Assembly: GCA_046581755.1 (NCBI GenBank) | Contig: JAYGFR010000292.1 | Coordinates: 1 to 11,207, forward strand | DNA: 11,207 bases | Direction: 5' to 3' | Origin: Nitrospinota bacterium | Lineage (GTDB): Bacteria; UBA8248 | Shown: positions 1 through 8,000 of the stretch, one piece after another | Layout: each line of letters begins with the position of its first letter | Position numbering within the stretch: the stretch's first letter is position 1 | Program-made: the position numbers and the translations under genes | Notes under the pieces: generated by a model | What the model saw: only the letters and a program-made list of their open reading frames with translations | The model's database searches: none | What the model was told of the DNA's origin: nothing

Positions 1-1054
1 GCTTCATACACAGATATGCCCAGAACCCTTCCTCGGTATCAGGTACAGTGTAATGAACTTCGACCAGGTGAGAAAAAGATGTCTTGCCGACAAAGGGCAT
101 CGTGTCCGTCATCGGCCATTTCATGATGTCCGAGACGAGCCTGGAAAGATCGTACATTTTGTCGAGCTGAATCCCGCAATCGATGCCGTAGTAAATCTGG
201 ATGACCGATGCCACCTCGGCCAGCGGAGCGATGTGGGCGCGCTCGCCGAGACCGTTGACGCACACGTCGATCAGGTCGGCTCCGCCCTCGAGCCCCGCAT
301 AAAGCGCCGCGGTCGCCATGCCGATATCGTTGTGGGTGTGAAGACCGATTTCGGTTCCCGGAAGGAGCCGCTTCATCTCCCGGACAACGTGTGTGTACAC
401 ATGATAAATCGCCATGCCGTTGATGTCGTCGAGCTTGATCATGTCCGCGCCCGCGTCCACGAGCTTACCGCAGACCTCCGCCAGCCGGTCGATGGGAATC
501 CGGGTGCAGTCCTGGATGAGGCAGCCAACTTTTTTATCCGGACCCGCCTTCTCGCGGGCATAGACCACCGACCCCATGGCGCGCTCGACCGCCTCGTCGA
601 TGGAAATCCGCGCGCCCGCCATGGACTCGAACAGACACATCTGCTCCGGAGAAAACGAAAAACACAGGGTCGTATAATCGGCGCCGTGGTCGAAGTTCAT
701 ATCCACCTCGACTTTCGCCCGTTCGGGATTGAGAACGGCCGTCGGGTGAACCAGCGCCTCGATAATAACGCCGGGATGGCGCTTTTTGACCTCTTCCATC
801 TCCTGGGGATCGTCATGATGCATCTGGAGCATGCCGACCCCCGCCTCAACCAGTTTGTCGGCGATGAGGAGCACTTCGTCCCGCCGGAGCGAGACGCCCG
901 GCAATTGGCGCCCCTCGCGAAGGGTGATGTCGCAGATTCTGAAGTTTTTCGAAAACGTCATATTGGAGCGAATCTCTTCACTGAAACAGTGCTGGGAGAT
1001 CCGCCACATATCCGTTCGCGGTTCGAGTTTGGTGTTTACAGGATACCCTGCCAT
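1..1054 (-). CDS. DRE-TIM metallolyase (LeuA/homocitrate/citramalate synthase-like), 3' end beyond window
   Basis: Hand translation from ATG 1054 (RBS AAGGAG at 1061-1066) is open to the window edge: MAGYPVNTKLEPRTDMW...RICDITLREGRQLPGV...IKLDDING...GLHTHNDIGMATA...DVCVNGLGERA...PFVGKTSFSH. These match the DxTLR[DE]GxQ, HxHND and NG[LI]GER family motifs. Confidence 0.88.
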   Translation of the reverse strand, partial: MAGYPVNTKLEPRTDMWRISQHCFSEEIRSNMTFSKNFRICDITLREGRQLPGVSLRRDEVLLIADKLVEAGVGMLQMHHDDPQEMEEVKKRHPGVIIEALVHPTAVLNPERAKVEVDMNFDHGADYTTLCFSFSPEQMCLFESMAGARISIDEAVERAMGSVVYAREKAGPDKKVGCLIQDCTRIPIDRLAEVCGKLVDAGADMIKLDDINGMAIYHVYTHVVREMKRLLPGTEIGLHTHNDIGMATAALYAGLEGGADLIDVCVNGLGERAHIAPLAEVASVIQIYYGIDCGIQLDKMYDLSRLVSDIMKWPMTDTMPFVGKTSFSHLVEVHYTVPDTEEGFWAYLCMK

Positions 1055-1183
1055 CTACTTCTCCTTTTCAAATACGGCGGTAAAATACATATCCGAAAAA
1101 CCAAATGGGTGGGCCGAAAAGAATCGCTCCATCTCTAGGTTCTTTTTCCGTCTATTTTGCTAATCGTTCATCCTCCCCCGGCC

Positions 1184-1204
1184 TGTGCATGGCGAATTGA
1201 TAAT
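1184..1204 (+). repeat. Left terminal inverted repeat of IS relic
   Basis: TGTGCATGGCGAATTGATAAT, inverted match to 1733-1753. Confidence 0.8.
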
Positions 1205-1270
1205 TTTAGCTTGAATCCAGTCTTTTCAGCGCCTTGCTTCCGAAAACCAGTCTTCCTAACCTCTCCCGCC

Positions 1271-1733
1271 ACGGAGAATCTATTCGTTGTTTTCGCCCAC
1301 ATCCTGGCCACCTCGCTCTTCACTCGGTGTCACAATTGCCAAACCGCTCACGCCTGGCGGCGCAAAGGCCCTTGTCTCCGAAAACCTCCTCTTGAAGCAG
1401 CAACCTCTCGTCATCAATCGATCCCGGCTGCGGGCATCCAATCTCACGCCTCTTGACCGGCTCTTTTTCGGGTTTTGCTACTCTTCTTGATCCACGGCGC
1501 ACCGCGCGTTCGGCCATCATCATCAGGCCATCGACGATCATGGGTTTTTACGGGTGCTTGAGAAGCTGGGGGAGTTTCAGGATTACTACAACGACCACCG
1601 GGGTTATCAGGCACTAAATTTGAAAACACCCGAGAAAACCGCCGGGAAGGAATCGCCTACCCTGGCAGGATTGAGCAATTCTGCATGGCTGTCACATTGC
1701 CGAGGTCTATTTCAGACTCCTCTTGCCGCCTGA
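1271..1733 (+). pseudogene. Integrase-core transposase pseudogene (frameshifts, catalytic core deleted)
   Basis: N-terminal pieces occur in three frames: ENLFVVFAHILAT; TIAKPLTPGGAKALVSENLLLKQQPLVINRSRLRASNLTPLDRLFFG; LLDPRRTARSAIIIRPSTIMGF. They join near 1550 to a C-terminal piece, LEKLGEFQDYYNDHRGYQALNLKTP...WLSHCRGLFQTPLAA* (TGA 1731-1733), which carries the YYNxxRxHxxL..TP-like integrase motif. Confidence 0.8.
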
Positions 1734-1753
1734 TTAGTAATTCGCCATTCACA
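1733..1753 (-). repeat. Right terminal inverted repeat of IS relic
   Basis: ATTAGTAATTCGCCATTCACA, abutting the transposase stop codon. Confidence 0.8.
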
Positions 1754-1788
1754 CCGTCCTGTCCAAAAACTCGATCAAGTCAAAACGG

Positions 1789-3459
1789 TCAAACACCCAA
1801 TATATCCACACAACTCAACTCTAGTAGGTTAATTGTCTCAGCCCGCTCGCAACCGGCGATATCGAGTTCATCGAGCGCCTCGAGCTGGCGCATCAGGCGG
1901 CTTACACCGGACGCCAGGCCATCGAGGCGATTCGGGTCCACCAGGTGGCCGAAACCGTTCGCGATATTTCCAATGTCATCGGCGGAAATTCCGGCAAGGT
2001 CGCTACTTTCTCCCGTTAAAGGCGAAGCCGCTAAAAATTTTTCTGGGGACTGTTCTTTATCTTCCAATGAAGGACGTTTACGCCATAAAGGTTTCAAATT
2101 CTCAAACGCGGCGCCGGCCCCAAGGATCAAGGCCTCCTCGCCCCACCTTCCGGCAATCTGAAGGCCTACGGGCAGGCCCGCCTGTGTAAAACCGCAGGGC
2201 ACCTGGAGCGTGGGATTGCCGATGGTGCTAAAAGCCGCCGTGCAATCGCTGACGGCCCCCCAAACTTTCATTCCATCCAGGCAGTCTTCAACAGAAGGCG
2301 GGGCGATAGCGGCAGTCGGCGTCAAAATCGCGTCCACCTTCTGAAACACCTCGGCCGCCTGGCGAATAAAAAGCGTCCGGGCGCGCTGGGCCTGGACATA
2401 GCGCCACCCCGGAATAAACAGGCTCTGCTCGAAAAAATCTGCGCCCGGCGAAACGTACTCATCGCGCCTGTCCCTCAAAAACGCCCGATGGTAGTCGGCG
2501 CTCTCGGGCCCCACCACCGCCATATAGGCGATTTGTCCGAGCTTTGCCCAGGGAATCTCAACCTCCCGGATATCGGCGCCCATTCGCTCGAACTCGGAAA
2601 TCGCTTGACGGACAATTTCCTCGACTTCGGGCTCAAGGCCCGGCCAAAAATGGTTTGTGGGCACCCCGAAGGTCAGCCCCTCCACCCCTCGGTGCAACAT
2701 GGCGCTCATATCGGGAGGCGGTTTCGACCTCGTGGTGGGGTCCCCGGGATCGGGCCCGGCCATGGCCTGAAGGAGAATCGCCGCGTCCTCGACGGTCCGG
2801 GTGAGGGGACCCACGTTATCGAAGCTCAACCCCAGGGGTACCGCCCCCGCCCGGCTCACGCGCCCAAAGGTCGAGCGAATACCCACCAGATTGCAAAACG
2901 ACGCCGGCAGGCGAACCGAGCCCCCCGTGTCGGAGCCAAGCGAGGCAACCGCCATGCCCGAAGCCACCGCCGCGGCCGATCCGCTGCTGCTCCCCCCCGG
3001 TGTGCACCGAAGGTTCCAGGGGTTCCGCGTTGGGCCGAAAAATGAGTTGGCTCCGGTTCCACCCCGGGCAAATTCCTGCAGGTTGGTCTTGCCGACAATG
3101 ACGGCGCCGGCTTCGATGAGTCTCCGAACGCTCTCGGCCGTTCCGGCGGAAACATTGTCCTTCAGAATCCGGCTGCCCGCCGTCATCGGAAACCCATCAA
3201 GGTCGAATAGATCCTTGATGGCTATGGGAATTCCATGCAGCGGCCCCCGGACGTTTCCCTTTCGGGCTTCCTCTTCGAGCAGAGTGGCCCGCTCGCGGGC
3301 GGAATCGAAAGTGCGCGTGATGAATGCATTGACCCGCGAATCGTCCACTTCTACACGATTGATGCATGCCTCAAGAAGTTCAGTCGGCTTCACATCGCCC
3401 GAGGCAATGCCCGGGGAGAGTTCCGTTATCGGTAAAAAAGAAAGGTCCGCGCTGCTCAA
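1789..3459 (-). CDS. Amidase signature family enzyme (GatA/AtzE-like) with C-terminal GatC/AtzG-like extension, ~556 aa
   Basis: Motifs GPLHGIPIAIKDLF (Lys), PGGSSSGSAAAVA (cis-Ser) and GSDTGGSVRLPA (nucleophile Ser), plus GLPVGLQI. The probable start is TTG 3459, preceded by GGAG; the ORF-track start at 3567 overlaps the upstream gene. Confidence 0.93.
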   Translation of the reverse strand: MSSADLSFLPITELSPGIASGDVKPTELLEACINRVEVDDSRVNAFITRTFDSARERATLLEEEARKGNVRGPLHGIPIAIKDLFDLDGFPMTAGSRILKDNVSAGTAESVRRLIEAGAVIVGKTNLQEFARGGTGANSFFGPTRNPWNLRCTPGGSSSGSAAAVASGMAVASLGSDTGGSVRLPASFCNLVGIRSTFGRVSRAGAVPLGLSFDNVGPLTRTVEDAAILLQAMAGPDPGDPTTRSKPPPDMSAMLHRGVEGLTFGVPTNHFWPGLEPEVEEIVRQAISEFERMGADIREVEIPWAKLGQIAYMAVVGPESADYHRAFLRDRRDEYVSPGADFFEQSLFIPGWRYVQAQRARTLFIRQAAEVFQKVDAILTPTAAIAPPSVEDCLDGMKVWGAVSDCTAAFSTIGNPTLQVPCGFTQAGLPVGLQIAGRWGEEALILGAGAAFENLKPLWRKRPSLEDKEQSPEKFLAASPLTGESSDLAGISADDIGNIANGFGHLVDPNRLDGLASGVSRLMRQLEALDELDIAGCERAETINLLELSCVDILGV

Positions 3460-3535
3460 GAACAAATCTCCGATGCTGAGTGAAGCACTTCCGGTGAAAT
3501 AGCCCGTAAATGTCAAATCGAACCGCGAGCGAGCC

Positions 3536-4774
3536 TTAGACCACGAAATGCTCCCGCTTCGCCGCACCGAGATGCGCCATCCCGGTCTCGGTGACGAGAA
3601 CGGTATATTCCGCGTGCACCCCGCCCTCGCCGAATTTTCCCGAAGGCAGTTCGACGGAGAGCACGGCTCCCGCCGGGAAAGGGATATCCGACGTCTCTGG
3701 AAGAAACGGATCGTTCAGCGGGATTGGCTCGCTGAGCGTATAGGGAAGCTCGCGGGCTTCAATGCCTATCGTGTGGCCGCAGAATGCGCCGTTGTAATTC
3801 GGCAATCCGGCCTTTTTCGCGCCCGCCACGGCGGCACGGAAAATTTCCGAAGGCTTGACCCCTGCTTTGATGGTTTCAAACGCTTCCGCCAAGCCCACCT
3901 GGATGGCATCCCATCGTGTCTTGCGCTCCGCTGTGGGTTCGCCGAACGAGCCGCAACAACCCACATCGCCGCAATAATGTTCCAGCCGCATACCAGCATC
4001 GAAAAAGAAGCCGTCTCCCGTCTGAAACGGGCGATCGGAAGGCGGAAAAATCGAGGCCGAACGACGCCCGCCCCCGAGATGGAACCAGCTCCATTTTCCG
4101 CCTCCCGCCGCGACGGTCCGATAGTAGTGGCTGGCGATTTCGCGCTCTGTTTTCCCCACCGCAAGCTCGGCATGAAAGGCGGAGAGCGCCTCCTCGTTCA
4201 GGGTGGCGGCCTCCCGAATCCGCTCGATTTCCTCGGGAGTTTTCTGGAGACGAATCAGACGGAACAGATTCGCGCCATCTTGAAACGAAATGCCCGGCAA
4301 CGCCGCTTCCAGGCTGGTCCGGGTGGCCGGCCGAATACCTTCGTTGTCGATGGCAATCTTGCCTTTCGATATACCCCGCTCCCGCAGCACCCGCACGAGC
4401 GCATCGGTGGAATTCGCCTCTCTCGGGGCATCGTCGGTGACAAGGCTCAGCAAATTCCGTTCTTCATCCGTAGCCCCCTGTTCGCCCGGCTCTATGTCGA
4501 GCGCCGAGCGGAGGCCGTATCCGCGGACATCTTCAATCCATGACCCGGTAGCCGAGTAATAAGTTTCATCCTGGCGGGAAACGATAAATGCGGGCGCCAC
4601 GCCGCCGTCCCTGAAAAAAAGCGCGAATGTTTCGGTTGTCGCATCGCCGTAGGTGTACTGCGCCCACCCCTGGAATCCCGACAGATAAAGGACGTTATGG
4701 CGCGTAGTCGCCAGAAGGGCATCGAGATCGTACTTGGCCATGAACCCCAGGGCACGTTCCCGGTTAAAGAGCAT
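3536..4774 (-). CDS. M24 (Xaa-Pro peptidase/creatinase fold) metallo-amidohydrolase, ~412 aa
   Basis: Creatinase_N-like start (DLDALLAT..HNVLYLSGF), linker IRLQKTPEEIERIREAA, and metal-ligand motifs FFDAG, YCGD, GHTIG, LSVE and AEYTVLVTETG. Probable start is ATG 4774 (MLFNRERA). Confidence 0.92.
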   Translation of the reverse strand: MLFNRERALGFMAKYDLDALLATTRHNVLYLSGFQGWAQYTYGDATTETFALFFRDGGVAPAFIVSRQDETYYSATGSWIEDVRGYGLRSALDIEPGEQGATDEERNLLSLVTDDAPREANSTDALVRVLRERGISKGKIAIDNEGIRPATRTSLEAALPGISFQDGANLFRLIRLQKTPEEIERIREAATLNEEALSAFHAELAVGKTEREIASHYYRTVAAGGGKWSWFHLGGGRRSASIFPPSDRPFQTGDGFFFDAGMRLEHYCGDVGCCGSFGEPTAERKTRWDAIQVGLAEAFETIKAGVKPSEIFRAAVAGAKKAGLPNYNGAFCGHTIGIEARELPYTLSEPIPLNDPFLPETSDIPFPAGAVLSVELPSGKFGEGGVHAEYTVLVTETGMAHLGAAKREHFVV

Positions 4775-4821
4775 GAGCGACCCCACTGAATCCGAGTGAA
4801 AAAATCGTTTTGAAGAAAATG

Positions 4822-5016
4822 CTAAACGCTTGCCAGCTTCTTGTCCCTGAGCTGGCAAACCAGCGGAACACTGCCGAGGATAAACCCGATGACCAGCATG
4901 ACAATGCTATGGAAGATGATGAAGAGAATTATAGCGGCAAAGGTGGCATACAACAAAACTCTTTCAAAAAAGTAGAGCCTTGTAAGAAGCCACCCTTGGG
5001 TCCCGGCGGAACTCAT
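4822..5016 (-). CDS. 64-aa hydrophobic (about 2 TM) ORF paralogous to the permease C-terminus; small gene or relic of a displaced permease
   Basis: ATG 5016 overlaps the permease TGA (ATGA), with GGAGG at 5021-5025. The product MSSAGTQGWLLTRLYFFERVLLYATFAAIILFIIFHSIVMLVIGFILGSVPLVCQLRDKKLASV has 25/63 ungapped identities to the last 63 aa of the permease. Confidence 0.6.
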   Translation of the reverse strand: MSSAGTQGWLLTRLYFFERVLLYATFAAIILFIIFHSIVMLVIGFILGSVPLVCQLRDKKLASV

Positions 5017-8000
5017 CCGCCCTCCAGGGATCGGCCGCCGAACTGCTTCGCCACCCCGGCGGTGCCGGCGGCCAGGCCCCCAGCGAGAAAGACCCAGTGG
5101 AAGGTGATGATAAACAGAATCGTCAGCGCCGTGCAGGCGAAGAGAAGAAATCGCTCCAAGAATCTCAGCGGCCGCAGGAAAAATCCCTGGGTCGCCGCCG
5201 AAAACGCCGTAAAGGCAAAGAGGGTCAGCGCGGTCACCGCAACCACGACCCAGAACCTGTCGAGGGCCAGAAGCGCGGGCTGGTACATGAACAAAAAGGG
5301 CACCACGAACCCCACGATGGCGAAGCGAAGGGCCATCATCGAGGTCTTGAAATACGGCGCCCCGGCGATCTTGGCGCCCACCAGCGAAGCGATCGCCACG
5401 GGCGGCGTAATCGCCGAGAGGATGGCGAAATAGAAAATGAACATGTGGGCCGCCACCCGGTCGCCCTTGATGGCGATGAAGGCATTCGTCCATTCGGCGC
5501 CGTGGATGGCGATCATCTCCGGACGCACGAGCGCGATCACCGCCGGGCCGCCCAGGATGGCCAGCAGGACGTAGGCCGCCGTCGTCGGCATTCCCATTCC
5601 CAGGATGGCGCACGTCACGGCCGTTAGGAAAAGCCCGACGAAAAACCCATCCACCCCCAGCCACCAAGTACAGCCGCCGCCCGCGGCCGCGCCGATCAGA
5701 CAGTAATCGACCGAGAGGGTTTCGATGAGATAGGCGAACTTGTTTCCAATCCCGGTGATCGAGAGGACCTGGACGACCAGCTCGATGCTCGCCAGGGTGA
5801 CGCCGAATTCGGCCCCCTGGCGGCCGCCCACTTCGAGTGCGTGGCGCACACTTCCCAGCCAGCGGGCGTTGCCCTCGGCCGCGGCCACGTCCGGGCCGTC
5901 GCGCCCTTCGCGCCTCGCGCGGCGGATATAGAGGTAGGGGTTGCAGAACCCGGCAGCCACCTCGCGCGTCCGGAGCGGAGAGGCATCGCCGCTCTCGCGC
6001 GGCGGCGCGAGGCCCCAGATGATGCGCTGGACGAGAGACGCCAGGCCGAAAAAGATGATCACATGGTAGATGAACCCGAAGGGCCGGACCCACTCGGAAA
6101 ATTCCGAGATGGCCGGAAAGAGCGCGTAAATTCCCCACTGCGCGGCGAACACGGCCCCGTAGATGATCACGAAGAGCCAGGGAACCACGGCGTAAGTCTC
6201 AAAGCCTCTCCCGCGCGCGGCCAACCAGAGCGCCAGCCCTCCCAGGGAGAGGGCCGCGCCCGCCGTACCCGCGCTCCAGCCCAGGAACGCCCAGATCAGC
6301 GCCGCGCACAGCGGAAAGATCGAAAGCCAGCCGCGCCGGCACTCACGCCAGAAGGCGGGCGCTCCCGGAACGAGGCGGAGCATCGCCCCGCCCAAAGCGG
6401 CGCAGATCGCCGAGAAGGCGGCCCCCGATCGGGCAGCACCACGCCAAGAGGGGGAGGCGTCCAGCGCGAAAGGGCCTCCTGCCATGGCGTCCACAATCAC
6501 CAAAAGGGCGTAGGCCACGCCGAGAAAAACGAAAAACGAGACCGGGACAAAAACGAAGACCGCGTCCGAGACCTCCCGCTCCCCCTCCCGGAGGGAGGCG
6601 AGAAACTCCGCCGCCGAGCGGTAGAACCAGATGCCCACCATGACGAAGACGGCCATCACCCCCGCGAAAGTCGGGGTCCTGCCCTCGAAGAGGAACCAGA
6701 CCAGGAAGCCCAGCGGCACCAGGTAGATCCACCCGGAGCGAAGCTCATCGCGCCAGTCCGGGATCTCCTCGCGCGGCATGGGACGGATATCCAACGACCC
6801 CGCCGCAAAATGGATGTTGATTCCCACGATGAGGAAATACAGAACGGCCGGGATCGCGGCGTAGCCGATGAGCTGAAAATAGGGGACCTCGATCAACTCG
6901 CTCATGATGAAAGCGCCCGCCCCCATGACGGGGGGCATGATCTGCCCGCCGGTGCTCGCCGCGGCCTCGGCCGCTGCCGCGATGTGGGGGCTCAGGCCGA
7001 TGCGCTTCATCAGCGGAATGGTGAAGGTGCCCGTGGTGACGACGTTGCCCGAGGCGCTGCCCGAGACCGTGCCCATCAGGGCGCTCGCGCCCACGGCGGC
7101 GAGTCCCGCCCCGGCCCGCATCCGCCCAAATATCCCGAGGGCGAAATTCACGAAAAACCGCCCTGCCCCGGACTCGTGGAGAAACGCGCCCAGGAGGAGA
7201 AACATGATGATGAAGGTGGCCGAGATGATCACCAAAAAGCCGATGATGCCCCCGATGAAATCGGTGGAGAGTTTTCCGAGCAGCTCTGTCCACTCGGCCC
7301 CTCCGTGCCCGAAGGGGGGGGGGAAGAGATTTCCCCACAGGCCGTAGGCGATGGCGATGACGTAGAGCGTCGGAAGCGGCGGACCAAAGCAGCGGCGGGT
7401 GAGCTCCAGGGCAACGACGATCATGATGAAGCCCACGCGCGTATCCTCGAAGGTGGGCGCCCCGGGGCGATCCACCATATCTGCGTGGAAATAGAAAAGG
7501 TAGATGCAGGCCGCCATCCCGAAGAAGAGCATCCCCGCGTTCAGCCCAAAGGTCAGGCCCGGGGGATGGGGATGGGAGGGGAAATCTCGAAATTTGGCCC
7601 GGAGGCCTTTCCGCACCCAGACGGCGAGCGCCGCCAGGGCGAAGGCGGGCAAGGCGTACCAGTCCGAAAAGAACAGGTAGGCGAAGCTCCTGACCTCATC
7701 GGGCTGGGAGGACCACAGGGCGATGCGCCAGACGATCGCCGCCGCCACCGCGGCGAGGACGATCAGTTCTCCCGCCCCCCGGCGGATGGCTTCGAAGGGG
7801 CGGTGAAAAATTCCGAACAGAATCGCGGCCGCCGGAACGGCCGACATCAAAAAGAGCCACCAGGTCGTGGGCGCCTGGACGCTTTCCGGCAGCGCGCTCC
7901 AGTTCGCAAAAAGCAGCGCCGCCGGGAGAAAACTCAGGGCCAGCAGGCCCAGCGCAAGACGCGCCCCCTGCCGGAGAATCATGGCCCCCCAGAGAAAAAA

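Larger units (their letters stand above)
1184..1753 (+). mobile_element. Degenerate, internally deleted insertion sequence (rve integrase-core type, IS481-like TGT...ACA ends)
   Basis: Left end TGTGCATGGCGAATTGATAAT (1184-1204) matches the reverse complement of the right end, TGTGAATGGCGAATTACTAAT (1733-1753), at 18/21. Flanks are CCGGCC (1178-1183) and CCGTCC (1754-1759). Transposase fragments lie inside. Confidence 0.82.

Noticed and set aside
1..1054. Naming the DRE-TIM gene leuA, nifV or cimA
   Set aside because: Key motifs deviate and the C-terminus is outside the window.
53..1138. 361-aa plus-strand ORF
   Set aside because: Antisense shadow of the minus-strand DRE-TIM gene; no recognisable motifs.
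1157..1629. Short ORFs 1157-1456, 1287-1490, 1320-1541 and 1444-1629 as genes
   Set aside because: Fragments or antisense of the transposase pseudogene.
1789..3567. Naming the amidase gatA or atzE, and using the 3567 start
   Set aside because: No gatB is adjacent, the GatA RILxGT-type motif is not seen, and the substrate is unknown. The 3567 start overlaps the M24 gene, while TTG 3459 has an RBS.
5017..6138. Upstream part of the 438-aa ORF 4822..6138
   Set aside because: Arg/Gly-rich alternative frame inside the permease; only the last 64 codons look real.
5487..7307. HG(G)AEWT peptide occurring twice in the permease (5487-5504 and 7287-7307)
   Set aside because: Too short, with no flanking similarity; cannot be distinguished from chance.
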